From Somniosus microcephalus (Eukaryota), in NCBI GenBank assembly GCA_052327205.1, contig CM126212.1:221216001-221280000 (forward strand): a stretch of DNA of 64,000 bases, in the 5' to 3' direction. Both the position numbers and the translations under genes were made by a program. This document shows positions 1-12,274 of the stretch, piece after piece (within the stretch, counting starts at the first letter, position 1; the number at the start of each line of letters is the position of its first letter). The notes under the pieces are model-generated. The model was not told the origin of the DNA. It did no database searches and saw nothing but the letters and a program-made list of their open reading frames with translations.

Positions 1-651
1 TTTGAACAATTAATTTAAGATTAATTGGAATTTAAACAACTAGATATAGTTCCGTAATTGCTCATCACCTTGTCTGCCTCCCAAGTCCCTCCATGAATAA
101 TTGCATTATTTGAATGGGTCCCGCTCTTATTTATGTTGACAATAAATGAGCATTAAAATCCAGCAGGTGACGATTGCTGATATTAATGCAAGGTTGCTTC
201 AACAAAGTGCTACACGGAAAAAGCACACCATTCTGTACCTGTTAATTGTCTGTCAGTTTAATTGGGTGTAAACTAAGGTTTATTAATTTTTGCGTGGCAT
301 TTTTAACTAAATAATTACAAGTTTTATGTGTTTAATGTAAATTGAAGTAAACAAACAACACAAGTGCTGGTTACACTGGCATTCGTTGCCCCATGCAGGA
401 GCTGCGGTACCGCGTTAGACTGGAAAACACTGCTTGCTAATAAGCCTGGGCCGAGCTATTTCTCAGCTTTGATGAGGTGAAAAACAAAGCAAGTCAACCT
501 TGTAGCAAAAAACTATTGAAGTGTTCCTTCCTCTCTTTCCAAACTTTAACTTTATTCCCGATAGCTCCTTGGCACCTGTAACACATCGTGACAAGCGAAT
601 CCTTGCTACATGTAACTAGGCAGTGGCTAGCAGTTCCTTGCTGCATTTAAC

Positions 652-1470
652 AGACAGTGGTTAGTGGATCTTTGCTACATGTAACAGACAGTGGTTAGTG
701 GATCTTTGCTACATGTAACAGACAGTGGTTAGTGGATCTTTGCTACATGTAACAGACAGTGGTTAGTGGATCTTTGCTACATGTAACAGACAGTGGATAG
801 TGGATCTTTGCTACATGTAACAGACAGTGGATAGTGGATCTTTGCTACATGTAACAGACAGTGGTTAGTGGATCTTTGCTACATGTAACAGACAGTGGTT
901 AGTGGATCTTTGCTACATGTAACAGACAGTGGATAGTGGATCTTTGCTACATGTAACAGACAGTGGTTAGTGGATCTTTGCTACATGTAACAGACAGAGG
1001 ATAGTGGATCTTTGCTACATGTAACAGACAGTGGTTAGTGGATCTTTGCTACATGTAACAGACAGTGGTTAGTGGATCTTTGCTACATGTAACAGACAGT
1101 GGATAGTGGATCTTTGCTACATGTAACAGACAGTGGATAGTGGATCTTTACTACATGTAACAGACAGTGGTTAGTGGATCTTTGCTACATGTAACAGACA
1201 GTGGTTAGTGGATCTTTGCTACATGTAACAGACAGTGGATAGTGGATCTTTGCTACATGTAACAGACAGTGGTTAGTGGATCTTTGCTACATGTAACACA
1301 GTGGATAGTGGATCTTTGCTACATGTAACAGTGGATAGTGGATCTTTGCTACATGTAACAGACAGTGGATAGTGGATCTTTGCTACATGTAACAGTGGAT
1401 AGTGGATATTTGCTACATGTAACAGACAGTGGTTAGTGGATCTTTGCTACATGTAACAGACAGTGGCTAG
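652..1470. repeat. Minisatellite, 34-bp unit (CAGTGGWTAGTGGATCTTTGCTACATGTAACAGA), about 24 copies, with decayed units on both flanks
   Basis: TTAGTGGATC recurs at 661, 695 and onward with 34-bp period. Units alternate GGTTAG/GGATAG, and a few have 2-4 bp deletions near 1300-1400. Confidence 0.97.
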
Positions 1471-2341
1471 CAGTTCCTTGCCATGTCTAGCAGACGGTGA
1501 CTAGTTGTCTTTTGTTTTATCTATTGGGCAGTGACCGGCAGTTTCTCGCTATGTCTAGTGGGCAGCGGCTAATGTATTTCCACAGCATCTGTTCTGGGAC
1601 CACGGCTATTCGCACTGTTCATAAACAATACAGAGGGTTGGATGCATTGTCGAGCTCTGCTCACTGTAGCCCACTCTGTGCAACTGAGGATTTTCCAAAT
1701 TCTGCACCTAGTGTTAGCATCAAGTATTCCCTGATAAGTTCTAGCACAGGTTAAATGCAGAGTAAAGGGCCCTCAGCACTGCATGAACAAGGGGTCTTGC
1801 GTGTGTTTTAGGTGGGCACTGTGGACTCTGAGGTTGCTGGCTGCCAAATCTCGGGGGGAATAGGCTTGAGCGATTGCACCTGGAAGTTGTTCCAACCCAG
1901 CTCCTATTTTTTGCCCAGAAATCAGATGCAACAGGGACCAATTTCTCCCCCCTGTGTTTCTGTACTCTTGGCAAATGCTAGGACTGCATATCATGATGGC
2001 GTGTAGCCCAGCTCATGATCTTCCATTCATTAAAACTAATGGACAGAAAATCACAGCCTGACAAGGTGCTATCTCACAATATGCACATACAACATGCACT
2101 ATGAGTGCAGAAATGGATTGTTTACCCTAACTGTCTTCAGGGCATATGAATATGTTAAAATACGGCATCCTCGAGGGAATGAGCAAGGAAATACATGAGG
2201 TTCTGGGTAATACTTTTAAGGACCCCATAAATACAAAGGTTTTACCTACAGATTGAGGGATAGCTATTGTAATCCTGATATTCAAAAAAGGAAAGAGGCA
2301 TGAATAAGGCAATTGTAGATCAATTATTTAACAGTGATAGT

Positions 2342-2570
2342 TGATGTAAGAAAACTACTAGGCACTTGGTCTGAGTATTAAACAAGCCTTTAATCAACTG
2401 TTTTTCAACATGGAGATCTAGTTGTGTCCTTCACTAGTTCCTGTTAAAGAATGTCCTGAGCACGCTGGGCCCATGCCCGAGTATTTATACTCTCCCTGGA
2501 CAGCGCCACCAGCAGGCTGCCCAGTATTATTTCCTAAGTCATTTCCACATGAATGACAAGATTCATGTCA
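2342..2570 (-). mobile_element. Solo LTR, ~225-bp CTCF-motif family, copy 1
   Basis: Minus strand runs TGACATGAATC...TTACATCA. TSD ATAGT/ATAAT (1 mismatch). TATA in GAGTATAAATACTC, ATTAAA signal. Homologous to the copies at 24851, 46246, 49083 and 49455. Confidence 0.88.
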
Positions 2571-2623
2571 ATAATGCTCACGAACATTTTACCAGACACC
2601 ATCAATGCTGATCTAAAGAGCGT

Positions 2624-3747
2624 GGGGGGCAAAATTGGATAAGGCCTGAAAACGGGCGCAGGGATCGTGATGCGCGATTAACCTGCGTCCGTTGCTCCTG
2701 ATGCAGGCAGCATGCAAACTTCATGCTGCCTGCTAATTTAAATGATTGTGGTATTGAGGTAACACTAAATGTGCTGTTCAGTGGCTTTGTGCCTCAAGTC
2801 CAAGGTCGTGTGAGGCTAGCAGCACTTAAAGCTAGCCTGCACTACTTAAAGGCAGCCTGCACCTCTTAAAGGGGTGGTGCATTCTGGCTGGAGAAGGTGC
2901 TGGAAGTGGCTGGGGAAGAGAGTCTGACCTGAAAAAAGACTGAATTATGGCACAACATGGGAGAGAGAACGAGCTCCATGGTCCTCGGATGCCTCGGTAC
3001 AGGAGGAGAGAGGTCCTCTATCCGCAGGGGGTCAAGAGACCCTCCAGGCAAACTGTCAGAAAGCAATGGGAGAAGATAGCCATTGTGGTCAATGCCAGCA
3101 GTGTAGCCACTTGGACCTGAATGCAGTTCCGCAAGAACTTTAATGACCTCACACGAGTGGTCAAGGTCAGTGAATGCATCTTCAAATGGCATATCTTTAC
3201 AACTGAACCACTAGCCTCACACACTGCTCAATGCACCACTTGCACCGCACCCCCCCACCACACTCACCTACCAATAATGTCTATCAATCACGACTCAAAT
3301 CTCACATTCATAGCTTCACCTCACCCTCATGACTTAACACTGCTGCAAGCCACAGACCCACATCTCACAGCTTGCACCCATTGCCAGCTATTCAACCATG
3401 ATGGGCACATCGCACAACACTCACTGACATACTTCCCTGTCTCTTCCAGGACAAGTTGGCACATAACCGCAAGCAGCAACTGCTAACCAGTGGGGAACGG
3501 GTATGGCTACATGTCCTAACACAGATGGAGGAGACGGTGGTCGCCATCATTGGAGCTGCCATCGCTGAGGCCGTGGCCAGCGGTGGGGCTGTAGCAATCG
3601 AAGGTGACTGTATCCTCACATCCCACTTCCTCCTCATCCCACAATCTCTTCTGATTTACAAGCTGCAGATGATGTTAGCATGCACCTCTTGCTTTCCCCA
3701 CTCCCCTCACCACAACCCTACCATTGTGCATTTCTCCTTACAGATAC
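2624..3747 (+). mobile_element. Truncated PIF/Harbinger element: terminal inverted repeat (TIR) plus decayed Myb/SANT-like gene exons
   Basis: End GGGGGCAAAATTGG. Translation WEKIAIVVNA...QFRKNFNDLTRVVK followed by GT, then AG followed by DKLAHNRKQQ..TSG. Same architecture as the Myb gene at 28188-29900. Cut by a CR1 tail. Confidence 0.8.
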
Positions 3748-4381
3748 ACAAGAACATAAGAACATAAGAAATAGGAGCTGGAGTAGGCCATTTGACCCTT
3801 TGAGCCTGCTGCGACATTCAACAAGATCTTGGCTGATCTTCTACTACAACTCCATCTTCCCGCACTATCCCCATATCCCTTAATTCCCTTAGTTCCCAAA
3901 AAATTATTGACCTCTGTCTTGAATATATTCAATGACTGAGCATCCACAGCTCTCTGGGGCAGAGAATTCCAAAGATTCGCAACCCTTTGAGTGAAGAAAT
4001 TTCTCCTCATCTCAGTCCTAAATGGCCCACCCCTTATTCTGAGGCTGTGACCCCGTGTTCTAGATTCCCCAGCCAGGGGAAACATTTTCTCAGCATTAAC
4101 CCTGTCAAGCCTCTTAAGAATTTTATGTTTCAATGAGATCACCTCTCATTCTTCTAAACTCTAGGGAATATAGGCCTAGCCTATTCAATCTTTCCTCATA
4201 GGGCAATCCTCTCATCCCAGGAACCAGGCTAGTGAACCTTCATTGCACTCCCTCTAAGGCAAGTATGTCTTTCCTTAGGTAAGGAGACCAGAACTGTACA
4301 CAATACTCCAGGTGTGGCCTCACCAATGCCCTGTATAATTGTAGTAAGACTTCTTTACTCTATATTCTAATCCCTTTGTAA

Positions 4382-5035
4382 CAGAAGACAAGCCAAATGT
4401 CAAAGTGGGAGATGTTGTCTTGCTGAAAGACAGCTAAGCACACAGAAATGAATGGCCAGTGGGACTGGTTGCCAAAACACTGCTGAGCAGGGACAAGAGG
4501 GTCCGCAAGGTGGAGGTGAAGATTGTCAAGGAGGGTACTGTCAAAGTGTTTCTGAGGCCAGTCTCAGAGATCGTAGTCCTCCTTTCTGAAGAAACCTAGA
4601 GAAAGGATTCTGAGTATATTTGCAGCCAAAGGACGTTTTCTTTAGGTTTTATCTTGGATCTGTAGTGGTACAATGGAATTGTACCAAGCGGGGAGTGTGC
4701 TGCCTTCCTTTAGGAATTTATGTTAGTTTTCCAGTTAATTCAGGGGTTTGAGTAATTTGGGTCGATTTCCATTGTGTGCCGCCACCTAGTGGGTATTTGG
4801 TACCTAGCAAGTGCAGTAAAGTAAACTACTGTATATCACAGACCTGCAGCCACACATGGTCTGGGAAGTTATTTTCTTGCTATGCTCCAGCCTTGGACAC
4901 TATTTGTCTTTTCACAATAAGAATCTTTCAGTAAAGTTTACAAGAAAAGTCAAGCCTTGTGATTTTTATGGGAAGATATCAAGTTGTTAGCTACCTGTCT
5001 AGCTTTGCATAGGAACGTGCTGCAAGGGCAGAATA
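4382..5035 (+). mobile_element. BEL/Pao LTR retrotransposon 3' end: pol C-terminus, polypurine tract (PPT) and complete 3' LTR (4696-5035)
   Basis: Translation PNVKVGDVVLLKD...NEWPVGLV...VRKVEVK...FLRPVSEIV is the typical BEL post-integrase tail. PPT AAGCGGGGAG, then TGTGCTGCC...GGCAGAATA inverted ends. Confidence 0.88.
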
Positions 5036-5812
5036 ACCCCCAAATCCCTTTGTACTGTAGCACTTTGCAGTTTCTCTCCATTTAGATAATAACTTGCTCT
5101 TTGATTTTTTTTCAGCCAAAGTGCATAACCTCACACTTTCCAACATTATATTCCATCTGCCAAATCTCCGCCCACTCACTCAGCCTGTCTGTCCTTTTGC
5201 AGGTTTTTTATGTCCTCCTCACTCACTGCTTTCCCTCCCATCTTTGTATCGTCGGCAAACTTGGATATGTTGCACTTGGTCCCTTCCTCCAAATCATTAA
5301 TATAGATTGTAAAGAGTTGGGGTCCCAGCACTGACCCCTGCGGAACATTACTAGTTACTGATTGCCAACCCGAGAATGAACCATTTATCCCAACTCTCTG
5401 TTTTCTGTTAGATAGCCAATCTTCCACCCATGCCAGTATATTACCCCCAATCCCATGATTTTTTAAATCTTGTGCAGTAATCTTTTGTGTGGCACCTTGT
5501 CAAATGCCTTTTGGAAGTCCAAATACACTACATCCACTGGTTCCCCTTTATCCACCCTGTATGTTACATCCTCAAAGAATTCGAGCAAGTTTGTCAAACA
5601 TGACTTCCCCTTCATAAAACCATGCTGACTCTGTCTGATTAAATTATGCTTATCCAAATGTCCTGTTACTACTTCCTTAATAATGGACTCCAACATTTTA
5701 CCAACCACAGATGTTAGGCTAACTGGTCTATAGTTTCCAGCCTTTTGTCTACCTCCCTTTTTAAATAAGGGCGTTACATTAGCAGTTTTCCAGTTTGCTG
5801 GGATCTTTCCTG
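5036..5812 (-). mobile_element. CR1 LINE RT fragment
   Basis: ORFs 5176-5427 and 5463-5708 contain QHGFMKGKSCLTNLL, DFQKAFDKVPH and FADD. Confidence 0.92.
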
Positions 5813-5814
5813 AA

Positions 5815-6016
5815 TGTCCAAAGATGTGCAGGTTAGGTTGATTGGCTATGATAAATTGACCCTTAGTGTTAGGGGGATTAAATACGTGGGGTTACGGGGA
5901 TAGGGTGGGATATGTGCTGGTGTAGGGGTTACGGGGATCGGGTGGGATATGTGTCGGTGCAGGCTCAATGGGCCGAAATGGCCTCTATCTGCACTGTGGG
6001 GTTTCTGTGATTCTGT
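5815..6016 (+). mobile_element. 5'-truncated HE1-like V-SINE
   Basis: Near-identical to the 3' half of the SINE at 44253-44609; ends in a (TTCTGTGA)n tail. Confidence 0.9.
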
Positions 6017-7712
6017 GAAAAGCTAACATACCATTTGCTTTCTTAATGGCTTGCTGTACCTGCATGTTAACTTTCTGTGATTCGTGTACAAGGACACCCA
6101 GGTCCCTCTGAATGCAAACATTTCCCAGTCTCTCATCATTCAAAAAATATTCAGCTTTTTAGTTTTTCCTACCAAAGTGGATAACTTCACACTTCCCCAC
6201 ATTGTATTCCATTTGCCATGTTCCTACCCATTCAGTCAACCTGTCTATATCTCTCTGCAGCCTCTTTACATCCACCTCACAGCTTACTTTCCCACCTAAC
6301 TTTGCATCATCAGCAAACTTGGATACGTTGCACTCAGTCCCTTCGCCTAAGTCATTAATATAGATTGTAAATAGCTGAGGCCCAAGCAGTGATCCTTGCG
6401 GTACCCCGCTAGTTACAGCCTGCCACCCCAAAAAAGTCCCGTTTATTCCTACTCTCTGTTTTCTGTCCATTAACCAATCCTCAATCCATGCTAATATAAT
6501 ACCCCCAATCCCATGAGTCCTAATTTTATGCAATAACCTCTTGTGTGGCACCTTATCAAATGCTTTTTGAAAATCCAAATACTGTACACTACATCCACTG
6601 GTTCCCCCTACTAGTTATATCTTCAAAAAACTTTAACAGATTTGTCAAACACGATTTCCCTTTCATAAAACCATGTTGACTCTGCCTAATCTTTTTACGA
6701 TTTTCTAAGTGCCCCGTTACCCCGTCCCTGATAATAGATTCTAGCATTTTGCCTACTACTGATGTCAGGCTAACTGGCCTATAGTTTCCTGTTTTTCCTC
6801 TTCCTCCTTTCTTAAATAGCAGGGTTATGTTTGCTACCTTCCAATCCTTGGGGACTGTTCTAGAATCTAGGGAATTCTGGAAGATTAATACCAGTGCATC
6901 CACTATCTCTACAGCTACCTCTTTTAAAACCCTAGGATGCAGGTCGTCAGGTCATGGGGATTTTGTCGCCACTTAGTCTCATTATTTTCTCCAGTACTAT
7001 GTCTTTACTTATACTGATTTCTTTAAGTTCCTCATTCTCTCTAGACCCTTGGTCCTCCATTATTTCCAGAATGTTTTTTGCGTCTTCTACCGTGAAGACA
7101 GTTACAAAGTATTTGATTAATGTCACTGCCATTTCCTTATTGCCCATTATAATTTCTCCAGTCTCTGCCTCTAATAAGCCTATGTTTACTTTCACTAATC
7201 TCTTCCTATTTACATACCTATAGAAACATTTACAATCTATTTTTATGTCTCTTGCTAATTTACTCTCTGCTGCCCTTGTCCTTCTAAGTGGTAGAGGTCG
7301 CCTGTTTGGGAGGTGCTGCCGAAGAAGCCTTGGCGAGTTGCTGCAGTGCACCTTGTAGATGGAACACACTGTAGCCACGATACGCCAGTGGTGGAGGGAG
7401 TGAATGTTTAAGGTGGTGGCTGGGGTGCCAATCAAGCGGGCTGCTTTGTCCTGGATGGTGTCGAGCTTCTTGAGTGTTGTTGGAGCTGCACTCATCCAGG
7501 CAAGTGGAGACTATTCCATCACACTCCCGACTTGTGCCTTGTAGATGGTGGAAAGGTGTTGGGGAGGCAGGAGGTGAGACACTCGCCACAGAATACCCAG
7601 CCTCTGACCTGCTCTTGTTGCCACAGTATTTAAGAGGCTGGTCCAGTTAAGTTTCTGGTCAATGGTGACTCCCAGGACATTGATGGTGGGGGATTCGGCA
7701 ATGGTAATGCCA

Positions 7713-9651
7713 ACAAGAACAACAACAACTTGTATTTATATAGCGCCTTTAACGCAGTAAAACGTCCCAAGGTGCTGCACAGGAGTATTTTAAGACAAAA
7801 AATTTGACACCGATCCACATGAGGATAAATTGGGGCAGGTGACCAAAAGCTGGGTCAAAGAGGTAGGTTTTAAGGAGCATCTTAAAGGAGGAAAGAGAGG
7901 TAGCGAGGCAGACAGGTTTAGGCAGGGAATTCCAGAGCTTAGGGCCTAGGCAACAGAAGGCACGGCCACCAATGGTTGAGCGATTATAATCTGGGATCCT
8001 CAAGAGGGCAGAATTAGAGGAGTGCAGATATCTCTGGTGGGGGGGGGGGGGGTGGGTGGTTGTGGGGCTGAAGGAGATTACAGAGATAGGGAGGGGGCGA
8101 GGCCATGGAGGGATTTGAAAACAAGGATGAGAATTTTGAAATCAAGGTTCTGCTTAACCAGAAGCCAATGTAGGTCAGCAAGCACAGGGGTGATGGGCGA
8201 ACGGGACTTGGTGCGAGTTAGGACACGGGCAGCCGAGTTTTGGATGACCTCAAGTTTACGTAGGGTGGAACGTGGGAGGCCAGCCAGGAGTGCGTTGGAA
8301 TAGTCAAGTCTAGAGGTAACAAAGGCATGGATGAGGGTTTCAGCAGCGGATGAGCTGAGGCAAGGGCGGAGACGGGGGATGTTACAAAGGTGGAAGTAGG
8401 CGGTCTTTATTATGCTGTGGATATGTGGTCGGAATCTCATTTTCAGGGTCAAATATGACACCAAGGTTGCGAACAGTGTGGTTCAGCCTCAGACAGATGT
8501 TAGGGAGAGGGATGGGGTCAGTGGCTAGGAAATGGAGTTTGTGGCGGGGACTGAAAACAATGGCTTTGGTTTTTGGCAATTGGTATTTAATTGGAGAAAA
8601 TTTTTGCTCATCCAGAACTGTATGTTGGATAAGCTGTCTGACAATTTAGACACCGTGGAGGGTTCAAGAGAAGTAGTAGTGAGGTAGAGCTGGGTTTCGT
8701 CAGCGTACATGTAGAAACTGCTGCTGTGCTTTCGGATGATGTCGCCAAGGGGCAACATGTAGATGGGAAATAGGAGGGGGCCAAGGATAGATCCTTGGAG
8801 GACACGAGAGGTAATGATGCGGGAGCGGGAAGAGAAGCTGTTGCAGGTGATTCTGGTTATGATTAGATAGATAAGAATGGAACCAGGCAAGAGAAGTCCC
8901 ACCCAGCTGGACGACGGTGGAGAGGGGTTGGAGAAGGATGGAGTGATCAACCGTGTCAAAGGATGCGGACAAGTCAAGAAGGACGAGGAGGGATAGTTTA
9001 ACTTTGTCATAGTCACAAAGGATGTCATTTGTGACTTTGACAAGAGCCGTTTCGGTACTGTGGCAAGGGCGGAAACCTGATTGAAGGGATTCAAACATGG
9101 AATTGCGGGAAAGATGGGCACGGATTTGGGAGGCAATAACACGTTCAAGGACTTTGGAGAGGAAAGGGAGGTTGGAGATGGGGCGGTAGTTTGCAAGGAC
9201 GGAGGGATCAAGGTTTGTTTTTTGGAGGAGAGGGGTGATGACAACAGATTTGAGGGAGAGGGGGACAGTACCTGAGGAGAGAGAACCATTAACAATATCA
9301 GCTAACATGGGAGCCAGAAAAGGAAGTTGGGTGGTTAGCAGTTTGGTGGGAATAGGGTCGAGGGAGCAGGAGGTGTGTCTCATGGACAAGATTAACGCAG
9401 AGAGGTCATGAGGGGAGATCGGAGAGAAACTGGAGAAAGATGTGAGTTCAGGGCTAAGGCAGGGGAGAACCTTGGAGGAAATTTGGCCCGGTGGGCTAGG
9501 GGAAGGAAGGTAAGTGGCAGAGGCAGCTGAGCGGATAGTCTCAATCTTAGAGACAAAGTAGTCCATGACCTCCTCACATTTGTTATCGGAGGTGAGGGTG
9601 GAGGAGACAGGGGAGAGGGGTTTAAGAAGACGGTTAGCAGTAGAGAATAGG
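7713..9651 (-). mobile_element. L2 LINE, 5'-truncated
   Basis: Peptides [62 protein letters not shown]. (TTG)n tail. TSD TGCCA (7708-12/9652-56). Confidence 0.95.
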
Positions 9652-9934
9652 TGCCATTGAATATCAAGGGCGGTGGTTAGACGCTCACTTTTTTTTGGAG
9701 ATAGTCATTGCCTGGCACTTGTGTGGCACGAATGTTACCTGCCACTTATCACCCCAAGCCTTAATGTCGTCCAGGTCTTGCTGCATGCGGGCATGGACTG
9801 CTTCATTATCTGAGGAGTAGCGAATGGCACTGAACACTATGCAGTCATCAGCGAACATCCCCACTTCTGACCTTATAAAGGAGGGAAGGTCACTGATGAA
9901 GCAGCTGAAGATGGCCGGGCCTAGGACACAGCCC

Positions 9935-11536
9935 TGTAAGATTCGCAAAATTCCCACATTCCCCCAAGGTTATTAATAAAAGGGACCCTGCATGGACATT
10001 TTAAAAAGGGTACCCAAAAGATGGCGTCTGCACCTCGTGACCAAAAAGCCTGCAAGATTTTAAAAGCTTGGACTCTGTAGCAGCACAAGCAGCTTTGGGA
10101 AATCAAAGCTTAAAATGTATTTTCTGTGAAAAGGACTTTGTGTTTGGAGATCCAGACAGCTGGGCAAACACTGAATATGCATTACGTCAGATCAAACCCA
10201 GTTAGGCCTATACTTGAGGCCATTAGTTTGTCCGCATAAATAATCGGAAACAGCTTATGGAAGCCATTAAGGCTGCACAGGCCGATTAAAATGCATTATT
10301 GACAATACAATCCGGACATTAAGGCCATCAGGTGCGATAAACGGCCATCTAAAACCAGTTAACTTAGATTGGTATAATCATGTTAAACAGCCCGCCAAAA
10401 GTGAAACAATGGACTGACCTGATTTGGCGCACAGATAGGAGTTGAAGCAATGGGTATAATTGTAGGCCCTCTGTAGCTATCGCTCTCTTGGCTCTTGCTC
10501 TTGCCCCTTACTCCTGCTCTCATGGCTCCGGCCTCTTGGGGCTGCTGCCGCTCATACTCATGCCCTGGCCTCGTGGCGGGTTCTCTTCTCACTTCCCACA
10601 TTGGGTTAAGCAGCCAAGGACATCCATACCAACTGCAGGCGGGGGAACGAGACCCGAGTCCAAAGTCATACAGGACACACAGGCCGCAAAAAGGGGCGAG
10701 ACGAGACGAGGAGAGACGAAGAAGAAGGTAACAACTCGATAAGAGCAGAGCAGGGCAGCGAAAGACGCATTGATAAAGACTGAGCGCCTAGTTATAAGCT
10801 GGTGTTTGGGGAAGAAATGTATGGACAGTGACAATAAGTTGGCTATTGAACACTGCGAATGAGCTGGCGTTATACGCAGGTGTCCACGCCACCACGAATA
10901 TGCTGGCATTCGAAGGATGGGTAGTAAAATCTAAGCAACGAAGACTGCCAACCGTCCTATAGACACAACGTTACCGCTGACGACCGCCCGAGGGAGAAGA
11001 AGAAGAACCTATCGCTACGAGATGACAACGGTAGCTGAGGAGAAGAAAGGTGTGTCGCAGCAGCAGCTCCAGCACCGCGCCCTGAGACCACGTGGCGACG
11101 GAGTACCTAAAAGGACAGAAGACCAAACCTCAAAACTTGCAGCCGTTAAAGCAACAGGCTTTGGATTGGTGAGCATGAATTCTGGCCCCTCATAGCTTAA
11201 TCTAGTTAGGTATAGGGGGTGGGATAAGGATAAGGGGATTGTTAATGTAGTTGTTTTCCCTCGATGTGCCGTGTGTTCCCCATTCCCTGTATAAGTATAA
11301 ATTTTGTATTTGCCTGTATTTTATACTAGTAACTTCTCATAAGACTGTGTTTTATTTCTGTTTTAATAAAATCTTGGTTTTCTTACACCAAAACACTTGT
11401 CTACTCGATTTTCTGTATCGCCGCCTGTACCTAAGTCCGGTGTCTAGAACCCAGGGGTGTGGGAGCGATTCGAACCGCTCACAGACAGTCAGGGGCATAA
11501 CTGACTGGGCGTACGCGCCACCCGCCACCCCCTACA
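9935..11536 (+). mobile_element. Long (1602-bp) solo LTR
   Basis: TGTAAG...CCTACA ends, 4-bp TSD GCCC (9931-34/11537-40), AATAAA at ~11365. The 3' part is homologous to the LTR starting at 63562. Confidence 0.9.
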
Positions 11537-12274
11537 GCCCTGAGGAACTGCAGCGATGTCCTGGGGCTGTGATGATTGACCTCCAACTACCACAACCATC
11601 TTCCTTTGTGCTAGGTATGACTCCAGCCAGTGGAGTAACTGTTATGTAATATTGTTTGATGTATAAAGTTGGTTTAGAATGTTTGTTTTGTGGTGGCTTT
11701 TGTTGTAGCATTGTATCCAAGAGGACGCTGTTGTAACAGAGTGCAGGTAAGGTGTGGGACTATGGGTGAATGGGGAATTGGGGTTGCATTCACTGGTACC
11801 GCAGTTGGATCAGTCAATCACGGGCAGCCTGGCCAGAAAAAGGCTGTGTTGGTTGCCTCCGCCTCCTCTTCCTCCTCTTCTGGTGCAGCCCGCAGCAGAA
11901 GTGCGCGCGCACGGTGTGGACGATATGGGCGCTATGGAGCCGAATTCCGCGGCTATGGAGTCCATATAGGATTTAGAAGCAATAGGTCATGTGACTCAAA
12001 TCTCTTGAATTATTGAAGAAGTATTCAGTTAAATGACGAAGGATAAATATAACTTACTTGGATTTACAGAAAACATTCTCACCTGCATCTGAGGCTTTTA
12101 AAGGCGCTAAAGGTGCATTGAGTTAATAGCATACTGGCTCGTTAACAGAGAGCAAACGTTGTTTTTTAATGGCCATACCACTCTCTATAGGGTTGGGTCC
12201 TTTGGGGCTGTTTACACTATGTATTCTAGTCATATTTAAGAAGAATATTCTGTCTGTACCAAACTGTGAACCAA

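Larger units (their letters stand above)
3748..7267 (-). mobile_element. CR1 LINE (ORF2 RT plus 3' tail), interrupted by a composite insert at 4382-6016
   Basis: (CATAAGAA)n tail at ~3750. ORFs contain RRNFFTQRV, DFQKAFDKVPH, GVPQGS.LGP, FADD, NYRPVSLTS. CR1 sequence resumes in register at ~6017. Confidence 0.93.
7268..11650 (-). mobile_element. CR1-group LINE of a second family, split by L2 (7713-9651) and a solo LTR (9935-11536)
   Basis: Peptides AAPTTLKKLDTIQDKAARLIG and MFADDC. The GVPQG/CVLGP motif is split exactly by the LTR. Confidence 0.85.

Noticed and set aside
652-1470. CRISPR-like array (34-bp periodicity)
   Set aside because: Units are head-to-tail with no unique spacers, there are no cas genes, and the context is eukaryotic.
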